Shown piece after piece: positions 19,485 through 28,817 of a DNA stretch of 64,000 nucleotides (its first letter is position 1; every line of letters begins with the position of its first letter). The position numbers and the translations under genes were made by a program. This stretch comes from a virus, in the IMG/VR virus record IMGVR_UViG_3300027795_000039, positions 1 through 64,000 of that record, one strand, 5' to 3'. The notes below the pieces were generated by a model that had not been told where the DNA came from, made no database searches, and saw nothing but the letters and a program-made list of their open reading frames with translations.

Positions 19485-20477
19485 ATGAAACTGACAAGCG
19501 ACCAACTAGACCGCGCCGCTGGTGTCCTCGTGGGTGTGGCCGTGGGAGACGCTCTCGGTGTTCCCTACGAGTTCCAGCCAGCAAGCATCACCAGTGCCAC
19601 CAACTTCGTGCCGAAGATGATTGGTGGTGGACTCGGTCCATACGATCCCGGTGAGTGGTCAGACGATACTCAGATGACGATGTGCATCGCTAAAGCTTTG
19701 AGTGGTGGAGCAGATCCACTTACCACACTTGGATTGGACTGGATCGCATTGAACTTTGCGGATTGGATCCGATCTGGTGCTACAGACGTGGGTGGCCAAA
19801 CTCGTTACGTTCTCGAGAGAACGAATACCATGATCGATCGTAATTCAGGACGTCATGCATCGCTTGCCATGAAGAGAGCTGCAATCTCAGCTCACCAGAG
19901 ACTCGGTAAAAGTGGTGGTAACGGCTCATTGATGCGAACCGCACCAGTCGCTCTCCGGTACCTCGATGACCCCGAGAAGATGGCAGCCGCGGCTATCGCG
20001 ATCAGCAAGCTGACTCACTTCGATGACCTCGCTGCTGATGCATGTGTCATCTGGTGCACGCTCATTCGTCACGCGGTGCTTACTGGTAACCTGCTCACGA
20101 TTGTTGACCTTATCAAGGTGATTCCACCAGATCGGCGACAGTTCTGGCGCAAAAAACTGATACAGGCAATTCACGCTAACCCAGCTAAGTTCTCTCCCAA
20201 CGGCTACGTAGTTACTGCATTGCAAGCAACGTGGGCGGCTGTTACTTTGGCGGTATGGGCGGCCGAAACATCAGAAGAGACGTTCCGCGACGGTATCATC
20301 CGCGCTGTTAGTGCCGGTAACGATACTGACACTGTGGCTGCAATTGCTGGTGCAGTTCTCGGTGGACTCTGTGGCCTCGATGCTATCGATGGTCAATGGA
20401 AAGCAGCCATCAACGGCTGGCCCAGTAAGTCGAATGCTGCCACGCTTATCGAGCTCGCCCAGTCACTTACCGCGTAA
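19485..20477 (+). CDS. ADP-ribosylglycohydrolase (DraG/ARH family)
   Basis: GDALG, WSDDT, GNGSLMR, GNDTDT. Confidence 0.92.
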   Translation: MKLTSDQLDRAAGVLVGVAVGDALGVPYEFQPASITSATNFVPKMIGGGLGPYDPGEWSDDTQMTMCIAKALSGGADPLTTLGLDWIALNFADWIRSGATDVGGQTRYVLERTNTMIDRNSGRHASLAMKRAAISAHQRLGKSGGNGSLMRTAPVALRYLDDPEKMAAAAIAISKLTHFDDLAADACVIWCTLIRHAVLTGNLLTIVDLIKVIPPDRRQFWRKKLIQAIHANPAKFSPNGYVVTALQATWAAVTLAVWAAETSEETFRDGIIRAVSAGNDTDTVAAIAGAVLGGLCGLDAIDGQWKAAINGWPSKSNAATLIELAQSLTA

Positions 20478-20496
20478 ACTGTGGTATAGTTGTTAC

Positions 20497-21057
20497 ATGG
20501 AAAACGAACAGGAACGAATGAACAGCGGGAAAACGGGTGGCTCGGTTAAGTGGAAGGACCGAGCCACTCTCGCGTATAACGTACAGCGGTTGCGAGATGA
20601 ACGTGATTGGTCACTCGAAGACCTAGCGAGCGCATCTGGTGTACACCTCACCACGATCCGCGGCATCGAGCGTGGTAATCACATGCCATACATGAGAACA
20701 GTATCACGGCTAGCTGCAGCCTTCGGGTTGTCAAATCCAAGTGAACTTCTTAGACCTGAAAGATCACCAGAACCGGAACCACAACAACCACAGGAAATTC
20801 CGCTGGTCGCACAGCTCATCCAGACCAGCTACAACAACTACACTACGACGTCACAGCAGCTGATAGAAAACTACCAAGGTCAAATCGATGAACTGAGAGC
20901 GACGCTTTACCTCATTCGTAATGAAATCGGGAAAGCTATCAGAAAACCATACGTGCCTTCTACTCACTACATCGACACGCTGTTGTATCCATCACCAGAA
21001 ATGATCAGTGAACTAGCCATCGAGTATGGTAATGAGCGTAAGAACGTTAACCGGTAA
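20497..21057 (+). CDS. XRE-family HTH protein
   Basis: LRDERDWSLEDLASASGVHLTTIRGIERG; TGTGGTATAGT just upstream (leaderless). Confidence 0.8.
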   Translation: MENEQERMNSGKTGGSVKWKDRATLAYNVQRLRDERDWSLEDLASASGVHLTTIRGIERGNHMPYMRTVSRLAAAFGLSNPSELLRPERSPEPEPQQPQEIPLVAQLIQTSYNNYTTTSQQLIENYQGQIDELRATLYLIRNEIGKAIRKPYVPSTHYIDTLLYPSPEMISELAIEYGNERKNVNR

Positions 21058-21814
21058 TCAGTGCTGCCCACGTAGCTGGTCCCACGATACCATCCACGCT
21101 GATGCCAGCGGTAGTTTGTATCGCCTTTACCGCTACTTCGGTATCTGGCCCGAATACACCATCCACCGCGATACTCCGCCCACGCGCCACGCATAGTCCC
21201 TGGATGGTACGGACGGTATTACCAGTCGCGCCTGATGCGACAGTAGGAAGCGATTGCATGATGGTAACCTGCCAAGCTGGTTCCGACGGTGTGGGTACAG
21301 GTGCTGGTATGGTATCCCAGAATGGGAGAGATGATTCGGCTGTAGACAGATCCCAGGCGCTAAATGATGCCCACTGTGTTATGACATCACCGGAAACAAC
21401 ACCAGCTCGGTTTGTCCAGTCCGCTCCCCAGTATAGTCCATCAGGGTTTTGATTTTCACCAACGATGGACTGGGAACCGTATACGATAAGCTTGTAGCCA
21501 CTGGACTGAAGGCCATGATATACGCTAAGAATGTAAGTCGGATCTTCTGCTGTTTCAGTATCCCAGGCGACCAGGCACCCATCAGGTGCATCAAGGACGT
21601 GTAGTTGAGATACCGCGGTGATAACATCTGCTGTTGAACTAGCGGCAACTGGGTTACTTCGTACGAAAATGGGGAGCCGGTAGCGTGCGCGCTGGGTTTC
21701 AAGCTCAGCTTTCGTCCACACGTGAAACGTATCACCGCCGATATAAAAAGCTACACCATCTGTTGCAGGTGGGTTAGCTGGTGGAAAGGCGGCATCGTAA
21801 AAGGTCAAAGTCAC
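21047..21814 (-). CDS. Endolysin (GH25-like catalytic domain plus peptidoglycan-binding domain)
   Basis: YDAA, DTE; C-terminal VDGVFGPDT...VDGIVGPATW. Confidence 0.85.
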   Translation of the reverse strand: MTLTFYDAAFPPANPPATDGVAFYIGGDTFHVWTKAELETQRARYRLPIFVRSNPVAASSTADVITAVSQLHVLDAPDGCLVAWDTETAEDPTYILSVYHGLQSSGYKLIVYGSQSIVGENQNPDGLYWGADWTNRAGVVSGDVITQWASFSAWDLSTAESSLPFWDTIPAPVPTPSEPAWQVTIMQSLPTVASGATGNTVRTIQGLCVARGRSIAVDGVFGPDTEVAVKAIQTTAGISVDGIVGPATWAALITG

Positions 21815-22170
21815 ACGTGTCTCCTGGTATCGCCGTTACTACCGTGTGCATCGTTGTTTTGTGTCACATGTATTTTCATTTCTCGATGTCGTTTATCCAC
21901 GTGATCTGCGGTGAGTCCGGTGGTAACCAAAGAAAACGTGGCGGCAAACAACGGGATAACAGTCAACATCATCAGCGCTGACAACACGTATGGTAGCCAG
22001 CCATGTGGAACAGCTGGACTGTTACCACTTGTGGTTGCAACACCGGTAGCGTAGTACAGCCCTTGTCCTAGTGATATGCTATTCGCGAAAGCGTATGCGA
22101 CGCCGAGGCAGACGTCCAGCACGACGGCTAGGATAAGTACCTTTACTGCTTGTTGCTTATGAACATTCAT
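21811..22170 (-). CDS. Two-TM membrane protein with K+-channel-like pore segment
   Basis: TM-GLYYATGVATTSG-TM; the GYG filter is absent. Confidence 0.5.
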   Translation of the reverse strand: MNVHKQQAVKVLILAVVLDVCLGVAYAFANSISLGQGLYYATGVATTSGNSPAVPHGWLPYVLSALMMLTVIPLFAATFSLVTTGLTADHVDKRHREMKIHVTQNNDAHGSNGDTRRHV

Positions 22171-22556
22171 ACTTCATGATCCAGGCGAAGGCTGATGTTT
22201 TTGAGGTGTGTGCAGATTTCTTCGAGTATCTCACGTTCTGATCGTTCTGGTCGAGCGAGATGCTGATGTTTACCACACCATGGTGTACCATTAATGCGGT
22301 GTTTGCCCAGGCGCCAGCAACCGTCCATGTGACAGTTATGAACGTGCCACATCGAGGTAACAGCACCGAGCAGCGTAAGCACAGTAAGTGCCGGGATGAA
22401 ACCTGATTCAAGCTGGTATGTCCACGGTGTACCCTGTGGTACTGGCCAGATACCAAGAGCGAACCGAGTACCGAATGGATGAGTAACAGCAACAATGATG
22501 AGCGCAATAGTAAGTGCAGTAAATACTGCTAGTATCCACTTTACCGCGCTCATCAT
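22167..22556 (-). CDS. Membrane protein with C-terminal Cys/His motif
   Basis: Two TM; HNCHMDGCWRLGKH...WCGKH. Confidence 0.55.
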   Translation of the reverse strand: MMSAVKWILAVFTALTIALIIVAVTHPFGTRFALGIWPVPQGTPWTYQLESGFIPALTVLTLLGAVTSMWHVHNCHMDGCWRLGKHRINGTPWCGKHQHLARPERSEREILEEICTHLKNISLRLDHEV

Positions 22557-23011
22557 GCGCCTCCGGGGAGCGTTACCGCGCATATCAGAACAGCGATAAC
22601 AGCCACGGTGACTACTGCGCTTACTGCCAAGATGGAACGAAACCGGGTACTGGTAAATGGTACTGGCCGAGCAAAAGCGATAATAACAGCTATAACCGCA
22701 CATATCGTAAGTGACAGTGCAATTGCCACGGCGCCATGTACCATCGCGAATGGTATGGCAGGAAGCACGCAACCGATACCAGTTGCCAAACCGAGTATGG
22801 CGGATGACTGGAAACCGCACCGAGAATCAGACAACCACTCAAAGCCAGTCATTGACACAGCTGATGAAATACCACTCGAAATAGCGGCTGGCAAGACGAG
22901 TGCGGGATGACCAGACAAGTAAAAAACAGTACCAAGGAGGCTAGTCATACCATCACCGAGGCCGAAGATAACAGGTCGTATCAGGTCGCGATTACGTGGG
23001 GTTACTTTCAT
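22553..23011 (-). CDS. VIT1/CCC1-like membrane protein
   Basis: IFGLGDG, SMTGFEWLS. Confidence 0.65.
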   Translation of the reverse strand: MKVTPRNRDLIRPVIFGLGDGMTSLLGTVFYLSGHPALVLPAAISSGISSAVSMTGFEWLSDSRCGFQSSAILGLATGIGCVLPAIPFAMVHGAVAIALSLTICAVIAVIIAFARPVPFTSTRFRSILAVSAVVTVAVIAVLICAVTLPGGA

Positions 23012-23384
23012 CGTCTTCTACCATCTGAATTGGCTCGGTACCTGGATGTTCATTTCTTCTTACCCCGCGAACTTGCTCGATAACGATCATTACACCACGC
23101 CAGATGACAATAATACCGACTAGCCAAAGTGCGACTACCTCTACCCATAGTGCTGCTGAATCTGAGGTGATATGCATGCCAAAATCACGCGATAGGATTG
23201 ATGGAAAAAGTGCGAGTGATATAGCCAATTCAAGAAGCATAATGTTGGAGCCCCAGGCGCTTTTCCACCACGGCCATACTGCACTGATGGTAAGCAAGAA
23301 ACTAATTGATGACCAGAAAGCGACGTTAAGACCCCAGTTAGCTAGGTTATTGATGATGTCATTCACGACGGCGCGCTCCTTCAA
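22992..23384 (-). CDS. Membrane protein (holin-like)
   Basis: Three TM, WWKSAWG. Confidence 0.55.
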   Translation of the reverse strand: MKERAVVNDIINNLANWGLNVAFWSSISFLLTISAVWPWWKSAWGSNIMLLELAISLALFPSILSRDFGMHITSDSAALWVEVVALWLVGIIVIWRGVMIVIEQVRGVRRNEHPGTEPIQMVEDDESNPT

Positions 23385-23586
23385 TAATCTTTACCAGCGC
23401 CTCCGCTACGTGATTCTGATCGTGTAGCTGACGAATTGTCGGTACGATTGTGGCGTGTTCTTCAGCTAGTCGTTCTCTTTGAGTAGCGACATCACTCGCG
23501 GCTGTTTCGGCCGATTCTTCCGCGGCTCGTCTCGCTACTTTGATTTCGGCTTCCGTATCCCGGCGGTGTTTCCGAAACCACTTCAT
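23359..23586 (-). CDS. Hypothetical lysis-region protein
   Basis: Coupled ORF, QNHVAE motif. Confidence 0.5.
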   Translation of the reverse strand: MKWFRKHRRDTEAEIKVARRAAEESAETAASDVATQRERLAEEHATIVPTIRQLHDQNHVAEALVKIIEGARRRE

Positions 23587-23875
23587 GACCGGCTTGCGCT
23601 CTCACCGCATTGATTGCGCCAGCAACCAGCTGAAGTGCATCCACGGTTGCATCGCCACGGGAGCTGGCAAGACGAAGCGCATCTCTGGTTCTTTCGTGCG
23701 CTTCGCATTCTTTCAGGTAGAGATCTTTCCACTGATCGCGTTCGCTCTCGATGCGATCCGCTTCCTTGGCGGTTATGATCCAGCCGAAAAGATGACTCGC
23801 TAGCCAGATACCAGCGACACCCGCATTGGCCAAGTATGGTAGGAGTGTTTCCCACGGTGCACTCACTTCCGGCAC
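23492..23875 (-). CDS. Membrane plus coiled-coil protein
   Basis: N-terminal TM then ERDQWK coiled coil. Confidence 0.55.
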   Translation of the reverse strand: MPEVSAPWETLLPYLANAGVAGIWLASHLFGWIITAKEADRIESERDQWKDLYLKECEAHERTRDALRLASSRGDATVDALQLVAGAINAVRAQAGHEVVSETPPGYGSRNQSSETSRGRIGRNSRE

Positions 23876-23956
23876 ACGCTAGCGGTGCCGTATGATACAC
23901 GTGCTTACCGAGAGATGCGCGAGGTCTAGTCGCATCATGTAGTATACTCCGATCAC

Positions 23957-25714
23957 TTACTCACTCAGCCAAACAAGGCCGAACGTTGACTGGTGACCCG
24001 CGGTAACAACAGTGTTAAACGCGCCTCCATTCTGCTGCATGTACTGGGGCTGAACAGTATCGCCAGCTCTCAGGTAGTAAAGGCCAATGGCGTCTGCACC
24101 TGGCTCGAGAGTGGTTGAGCTCGCGGAGATGTGCTGGTATACATCTGGTGAACTTGAACCCGCTGGTGTCTGAGCTATGGCAGCTATGCATGATGCTGGT
24201 GGTGTAACTGGAACTGACTGGGTGTAACTAGCCACAGCAAGGTACCAGCCATCAATCGGTGCGGTAAACACACTAGTGCTGCTATTCCAGCCGCCATATG
24301 AATCACCAGGTGAACCGTGAACAATACCACCAACAGTATTCATGTTGATAACATGGTAAGCATTTTGAGTAAGTGAGGTCTGTGCTGTGGTCTGATACGC
24401 GAGCAGGTATGGCTTATACAACAAAAACGAAACATCATTAGTAAGGTGAGTTTGGAACGCAACAGTAAGAGTTGTACCTGATGTTCCAGCTTGCCACCGG
24501 TATGATGTATCGGGTGGTGTCCACGTTAGTATGGTATTTGATGGTGCCAATGCTGAAAGCCAGATAAGTGCGAAACGACATTGATCAGGTCCATATGAAC
24601 TACTCGCCCCAGCATAAGCGGCAAGTGATACCAGATCACCAGCATTCAAGTCCAGCAACCGAGTAATCTGGCACATCGTTGGCACCGTGGTAAATGAGTA
24701 AGCAGGACCGTAAAAAACTGTGCTGCCGTTTACCAGGATAGCAGCATAGGCACCCGTGCTTCCTGCTGCAAATGACACCGTACCATGTACCAGGTAAACA
24801 CCACTCAGCGGTATAGAGTAGCTATGCGAACTTTGCGTCCACGCCGCGTATGTATCAATCTGAGCGATGGTAAGCGCCACTATGGTTAGTGTAGTAGCTG
24901 CCACACTGCCACTTATTACAGTAGCAATCCGTAGCATCGGTGGATTGTTTAGCAGCTGAAGTGGGCCACCAATTGCTTGCGCGTTCAATACGATAGCACT
25001 GACTTGACTCGTACTATTCCATGTTGGTGGTTCTGGAATTTCGGTGACTGTGGTGCCGCCAGTTAGAATGCCACCATAAAAACCAGAAAACCGAGTTGAT
25101 TCACCGGAGTAATCAACGCCACCAAAAACGTAATTGTAGTTGCTGCCTGATGAATCAGCACACCAGCCATTAAGCGATGCGATGGTACCGTTGTAGAAAC
25201 CAAATATATCGAGTACGTAACTGCAATTATGCTCATTGGTTGATGATAGCTGCTTACCACCAATAACCTGGGTAACTGTTGTCCCCGTGTAAGTGATGAT
25301 AGCGCCAGAAGCACCAGCATGTGTGGTAGCGGAAAACGCTGGAAAACCCCAGACAACATAGTTGCCACCCTCAGTCGATGCGGTACCACCATGCCCGCTG
25401 GAACCGGGAACAGCCGGATCTAGGTAACCGTTTGCGTTGTCGAAAGCAGCATCAGCACCAGGACCATACAAACACGAGTTATCAAAATAGTTTCGCCAGT
25501 TGCCGCTGCCGCGAAGTGAAGTAGTAACACCACCTGTAGCGCTTTGCTGTGTCAGTTCAACGGCTAGTGCTTCGACAAGTACAGGGCGGTTTGCGTGAAA
25601 CAAGATACCGGTGGGAGTAAAGTTATTACCAGGATCAAACGTGTACAGCGCCGTATTCATTGCTTTAGCAGTAAGCGGCTGGAATGAGTCGAAGAAAGGT
25701 GGATCTAGTGGCAT
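23957..25714 (-). CDS. Minor tail protein with C1q-like domains
   Basis: Two repeats of IPLSGVYLVHG / APIDGWYLAVA...LRAGDTV. Confidence 0.7.
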   Translation of the reverse strand: MPLDPPFFDSFQPLTAKAMNTALYTFDPGNNFTPTGILFHANRPVLVEALAVELTQQSATGGVTTSLRGSGNWRNYFDNSCLYGPGADAAFDNANGYLDPAVPGSSGHGGTASTEGGNYVVWGFPAFSATTHAGASGAIITYTGTTVTQVIGGKQLSSTNEHNCSYVLDIFGFYNGTIASLNGWCADSSGSNYNYVFGGVDYSGESTRFSGFYGGILTGGTTVTEIPEPPTWNSTSQVSAIVLNAQAIGGPLQLLNNPPMLRIATVISGSVAATTLTIVALTIAQIDTYAAWTQSSHSYSIPLSGVYLVHGTVSFAAGSTGAYAAILVNGSTVFYGPAYSFTTVPTMCQITRLLDLNAGDLVSLAAYAGASSSYGPDQCRFALIWLSALAPSNTILTWTPPDTSYRWQAGTSGTTLTVAFQTHLTNDVSFLLYKPYLLAYQTTAQTSLTQNAYHVINMNTVGGIVHGSPGDSYGGWNSSTSVFTAPIDGWYLAVASYTQSVPVTPPASCIAAIAQTPAGSSSPDVYQHISASSTTLEPGADAIGLYYLRAGDTVQPQYMQQNGGAFNTVVTAGHQSTFGLVWLSE

Positions 25715-25738
25715 ACCTTCACCTCCACTCCGATGTAA

Positions 25739-28700
25739 TTACCAGGCAAGAGTAGTTGAACCTAGTGTGTCCTGGTCCGCACCACCATCAGGAATTAGCA
25801 CCGTGTTTTCCTGGATGTAGGGTGACAACTGGTATGATGTATTCCAGACCCCAGGACCGATTTCATGCGTAACCTGTTCACAGATAACTGGAAGTGAGTA
25901 TGCTGGCGCACCTATTGGACGCCGGTTTACCACAGCAATATCAGACAAGTCAAATTGCAAAATTGATGAGAATGATTGTGGATTTGTGGCTGCATCAACT
26001 GTGATATTAGAAGCACGTAGTTGTGGCTGCTTGTATTTGGCTAGGTACCAGTAAGCCACGTCATAAGCATCTTGAGCGGAGCTACCATTAACTGTAACAC
26101 TTTGTGGTCCTCGAGCTAGGTAAGACGCGATCGATTGCTGGTCTTTTTCAACCGGCGCAATCAAAGTGTTGGGACCTTGCGTCAGCGTTGCCTGCGTTAC
26201 GTTCTGCAGGTACGTGTTATCATAGTCAAGTCCAAGGCTTCGCAAGTATGGTATTTCAGCACTCGCGTTTACCAGTGTTACGTGTTCCGCGTAGAAACTC
26301 GCATCAGCACCCGAGATACCGAGGAATGGGTAAGCCGCCACCGCAGTTGATGGTGCAGTAGCGGTAAGCGTAATAAATGTCCAGGTTGCTGGCTGTATTA
26401 TCATAGTCTCGGTGGCTGAACCATCAGCCACACCGCCTGCTGCAAGCCAGTAAATACTAATCGTCGTATTGGTTTGCTCGGTCCAGACCCAGGCACTGAC
26501 TGTGTAACTATTGTTTCCGATGATGCTTGCTGGTGAAGTTTGCTCCCATATCCCACCAGTGGTTCCACCACCACCGCCACCAGCCTCATCGAGAATTGGG
26601 TCATCAAGTTCATCATCGATGTCACTACCGGCTTCATCGAGGATGTCGTCGACGTCAGTTTCAGTATTCGGCGTTAGTGGATACGCGGTAATACTAGCTT
26701 GAGCGGTAAGAAGTGATACGCTGATACCAGGTGATGGTTCAAGTGGAACACCTGGTACCATGATGCCAGGTACCGCAATACCTGGTACAGCGTTACCAGC
26801 GTTTACACTGACACTGCCACCAGACTCATCGAGGATGGCATTGCCAGCTTCATCGAGAACATTACCGCCTGCTTCATCGAGGATTGCGTTGGCAGCTGCG
26901 ATGATTGGTGGGTAAGCGGTGGAAGTCGATTGTGCAACAGACAGATTGACGACCACGGCACCTGTTGGTGCAGACTCGTCATATACCTGGTTGCCAGCCT
27001 CATCGAGGATGCCATTACCGGCCTCATCGAGGATTGCATTATGACTTGTTTCTGGTGTTGGTGCGTAAGCTGCAACATTACCTTGTGCAACTGCTAGTGA
27101 TACGTTCTTACTGCCAGCCTGTGCTATGGTGTAAGCAGTGCTGGTAACTCTCGCAACAGGAAGTGTTATCGTACCAGGACCGGTAATACTATGCGCAGCT
27201 GTGCTAACCTGAGCAACAGGGAGTGTGATCGGTCCAACTACTGAAGCAAAAGAGTGGGATGCCTCATTAACTCGCGCGACAGGGAGAGCAACACCAGCAC
27301 CAGTTATCGCTATTACTGGGTAGCCAGCTTCACTTACCTGCGCTCTCGGGAGTGAACGACCAACACTTGAACCAACAGTGTGTGATGCGATGCTGGTTTG
27401 AGCGACAGGAAGCGCAACAGTTTTGGCACCTGTGGTAAGCAAGTGCGCAGCTTCTGTTACCTGAGCTGTTGGCAGGTTAACAGCAACGTTGTTGAGGCTG
27501 GCAATCCATACCCCAGAATAACTGGGATACATGGATGATACCTGTTCATACCAAACGAGACCAAGTGAATCTGTAAATGTAACATTAGCATCACCAGTGG
27601 TATAACGAGAGTTGGCCGATATTATGGCCACAAGCAAAGTGCCACTTGTTGGTGGCGACAAGAAAACAGCTGTCTGGGAGACGCTTGTCGTTTCAAAGCC
27701 AGCGGGAGTAAGACCAACAGCTGTTGCAGTAGCTGTTTCCGCAAGAGTACCAGCAGCTAGGATCTCCGTTATCGCCGCAGTAAAGTACGCGTTATCAGGC
27801 GCGGATCCACCTAGAGTAACTGCACTATTCGCAGTTGTGGTACTTGTACCCCGAAATGTACCGTAGATAATTTCATTAGGCGTATCTATGGTATTTTGTA
27901 TGAACGTGGTACCAGAAGCAGCAGTGTATGCTGAAGTGCCAGAAACAGCGAAATTTGCGGTTACCGCACCGTAAACAAGACTACCAGAAGCAGTTGGTGT
28001 TAGCGAAATTGATGGTGCCTGTGATACACCGCCACCGTAAGTAAAGTTAAACGCGGCGTTGTTAAAGATGTACTCAGCTGATGTCGCACCGCTAATCATC
28101 TTAACCGCCAACACTACACCTGGGGTACCCTCAGGGTAGTTAACGGTTGCGGTAACTGAGTATTTTGCTACTGATCCGGTAATGGTAAGAACGATAAAAC
28201 CGACGCTAATATCACATACTTGCGGGCTGGTAAAAACAGGCGTTGGTAGCCCAGCGATAACACTTCCCAGCGCGTCATACAATCCAACAGCGCACGGGTA
28301 GACAACTGTTCCCGGCTGAGTTGGAAGCGCCTGCCCGAACACTGGGATTTCGTAGTTCAACCCAGCTGGGTAAACAACGTTCTGGTAACCAGCATTACCT
28401 GCACTGGCAACTGCGCCAGCGATTACCAGTACAAGTTGAGATGAGCTTGCGCTTGGATAGCTAGTCGTATATGAAGTAGCATTTGTGCCACTGGAACCGA
28501 ATGAGTGACTGACGATTGTCGCTGCAGGGTATGCCGCTATGTATGCCGCAATACTGCACGTTGCAGCCATCGTGACGGTGTAACTGGCTGGTTCACTACC
28601 AGCTGTCTTATAAAAAACGCTGACACCAGACGTGGACAACGCTGTCCAGCCGGATGGTGTGTCTGCCGATACCGCAGTTCCCGATGTACTACCGCCAGTC

Positions 28701-28816
28701 ACCGTCATAACCAACAGGTTTCCTGTGGTATACGTCAGCGGTGGGGTAATAGTAATCGTTGTTGCTGAACCGTTAAGTGGTGTTGTCGCGATGCTGTAGC
28801 TAATCATCGCAGACAT
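25739..28816 (-). CDS. Large tail/tail-tip protein with LPVAQV and ILDEAG repeats
   Basis: Likely start MSAMISY at 28816, just after the upstream stop; tail-hub-like C-terminus. Confidence 0.7.
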   Translation of the reverse strand: MSAMISYSIATTPLNGSATTITITPPLTYTTGNLLVMTVTGGSTSGTAVSADTPSGWTALSTSGVSVFYKTAGSEPASYTVTMAATCSIAAYIAAYPAATIVSHSFGSSGTNATSYTTSYPSASSSQLVLVIAGAVASAGNAGYQNVVYPAGLNYEIPVFGQALPTQPGTVVYPCAVGLYDALGSVIAGLPTPVFTSPQVCDISVGFIVLTITGSVAKYSVTATVNYPEGTPGVVLAVKMISGATSAEYIFNNAAFNFTYGGGVSQAPSISLTPTASGSLVYGAVTANFAVSGTSAYTAASGTTFIQNTIDTPNEIIYGTFRGTSTTTANSAVTLGGSAPDNAYFTAAITEILAAGTLAETATATAVGLTPAGFETTSVSQTAVFLSPPTSGTLLVAIISANSRYTTGDANVTFTDSLGLVWYEQVSSMYPSYSGVWIASLNNVAVNLPTAQVTEAAHLLTTGAKTVALPVAQTSIASHTVGSSVGRSLPRAQVSEAGYPVIAITGAGVALPVARVNEASHSFASVVGPITLPVAQVSTAAHSITGPGTITLPVARVTSTAYTIAQAGSKNVSLAVAQGNVAAYAPTPETSHNAILDEAGNGILDEAGNQVYDESAPTGAVVVNLSVAQSTSTAYPPIIAAANAILDEAGGNVLDEAGNAILDESGGSVSVNAGNAVPGIAVPGIMVPGVPLEPSPGISVSLLTAQASITAYPLTPNTETDVDDILDEAGSDIDDELDDPILDEAGGGGGGTTGGIWEQTSPASIIGNNSYTVSAWVWTEQTNTTISIYWLAAGGVADGSATETMIIQPATWTFITLTATAPSTAVAAYPFLGISGADASFYAEHVTLVNASAEIPYLRSLGLDYDNTYLQNVTQATLTQGPNTLIAPVEKDQQSIASYLARGPQSVTVNGSSAQDAYDVAYWYLAKYKQPQLRASNITVDAATNPQSFSSILQFDLSDIAVVNRRPIGAPAYSLPVICEQVTHEIGPGVWNTSYQLSPYIQENTVLIPDGGADQDTLGSTTLAW

Positions 28817-28817
28817 A

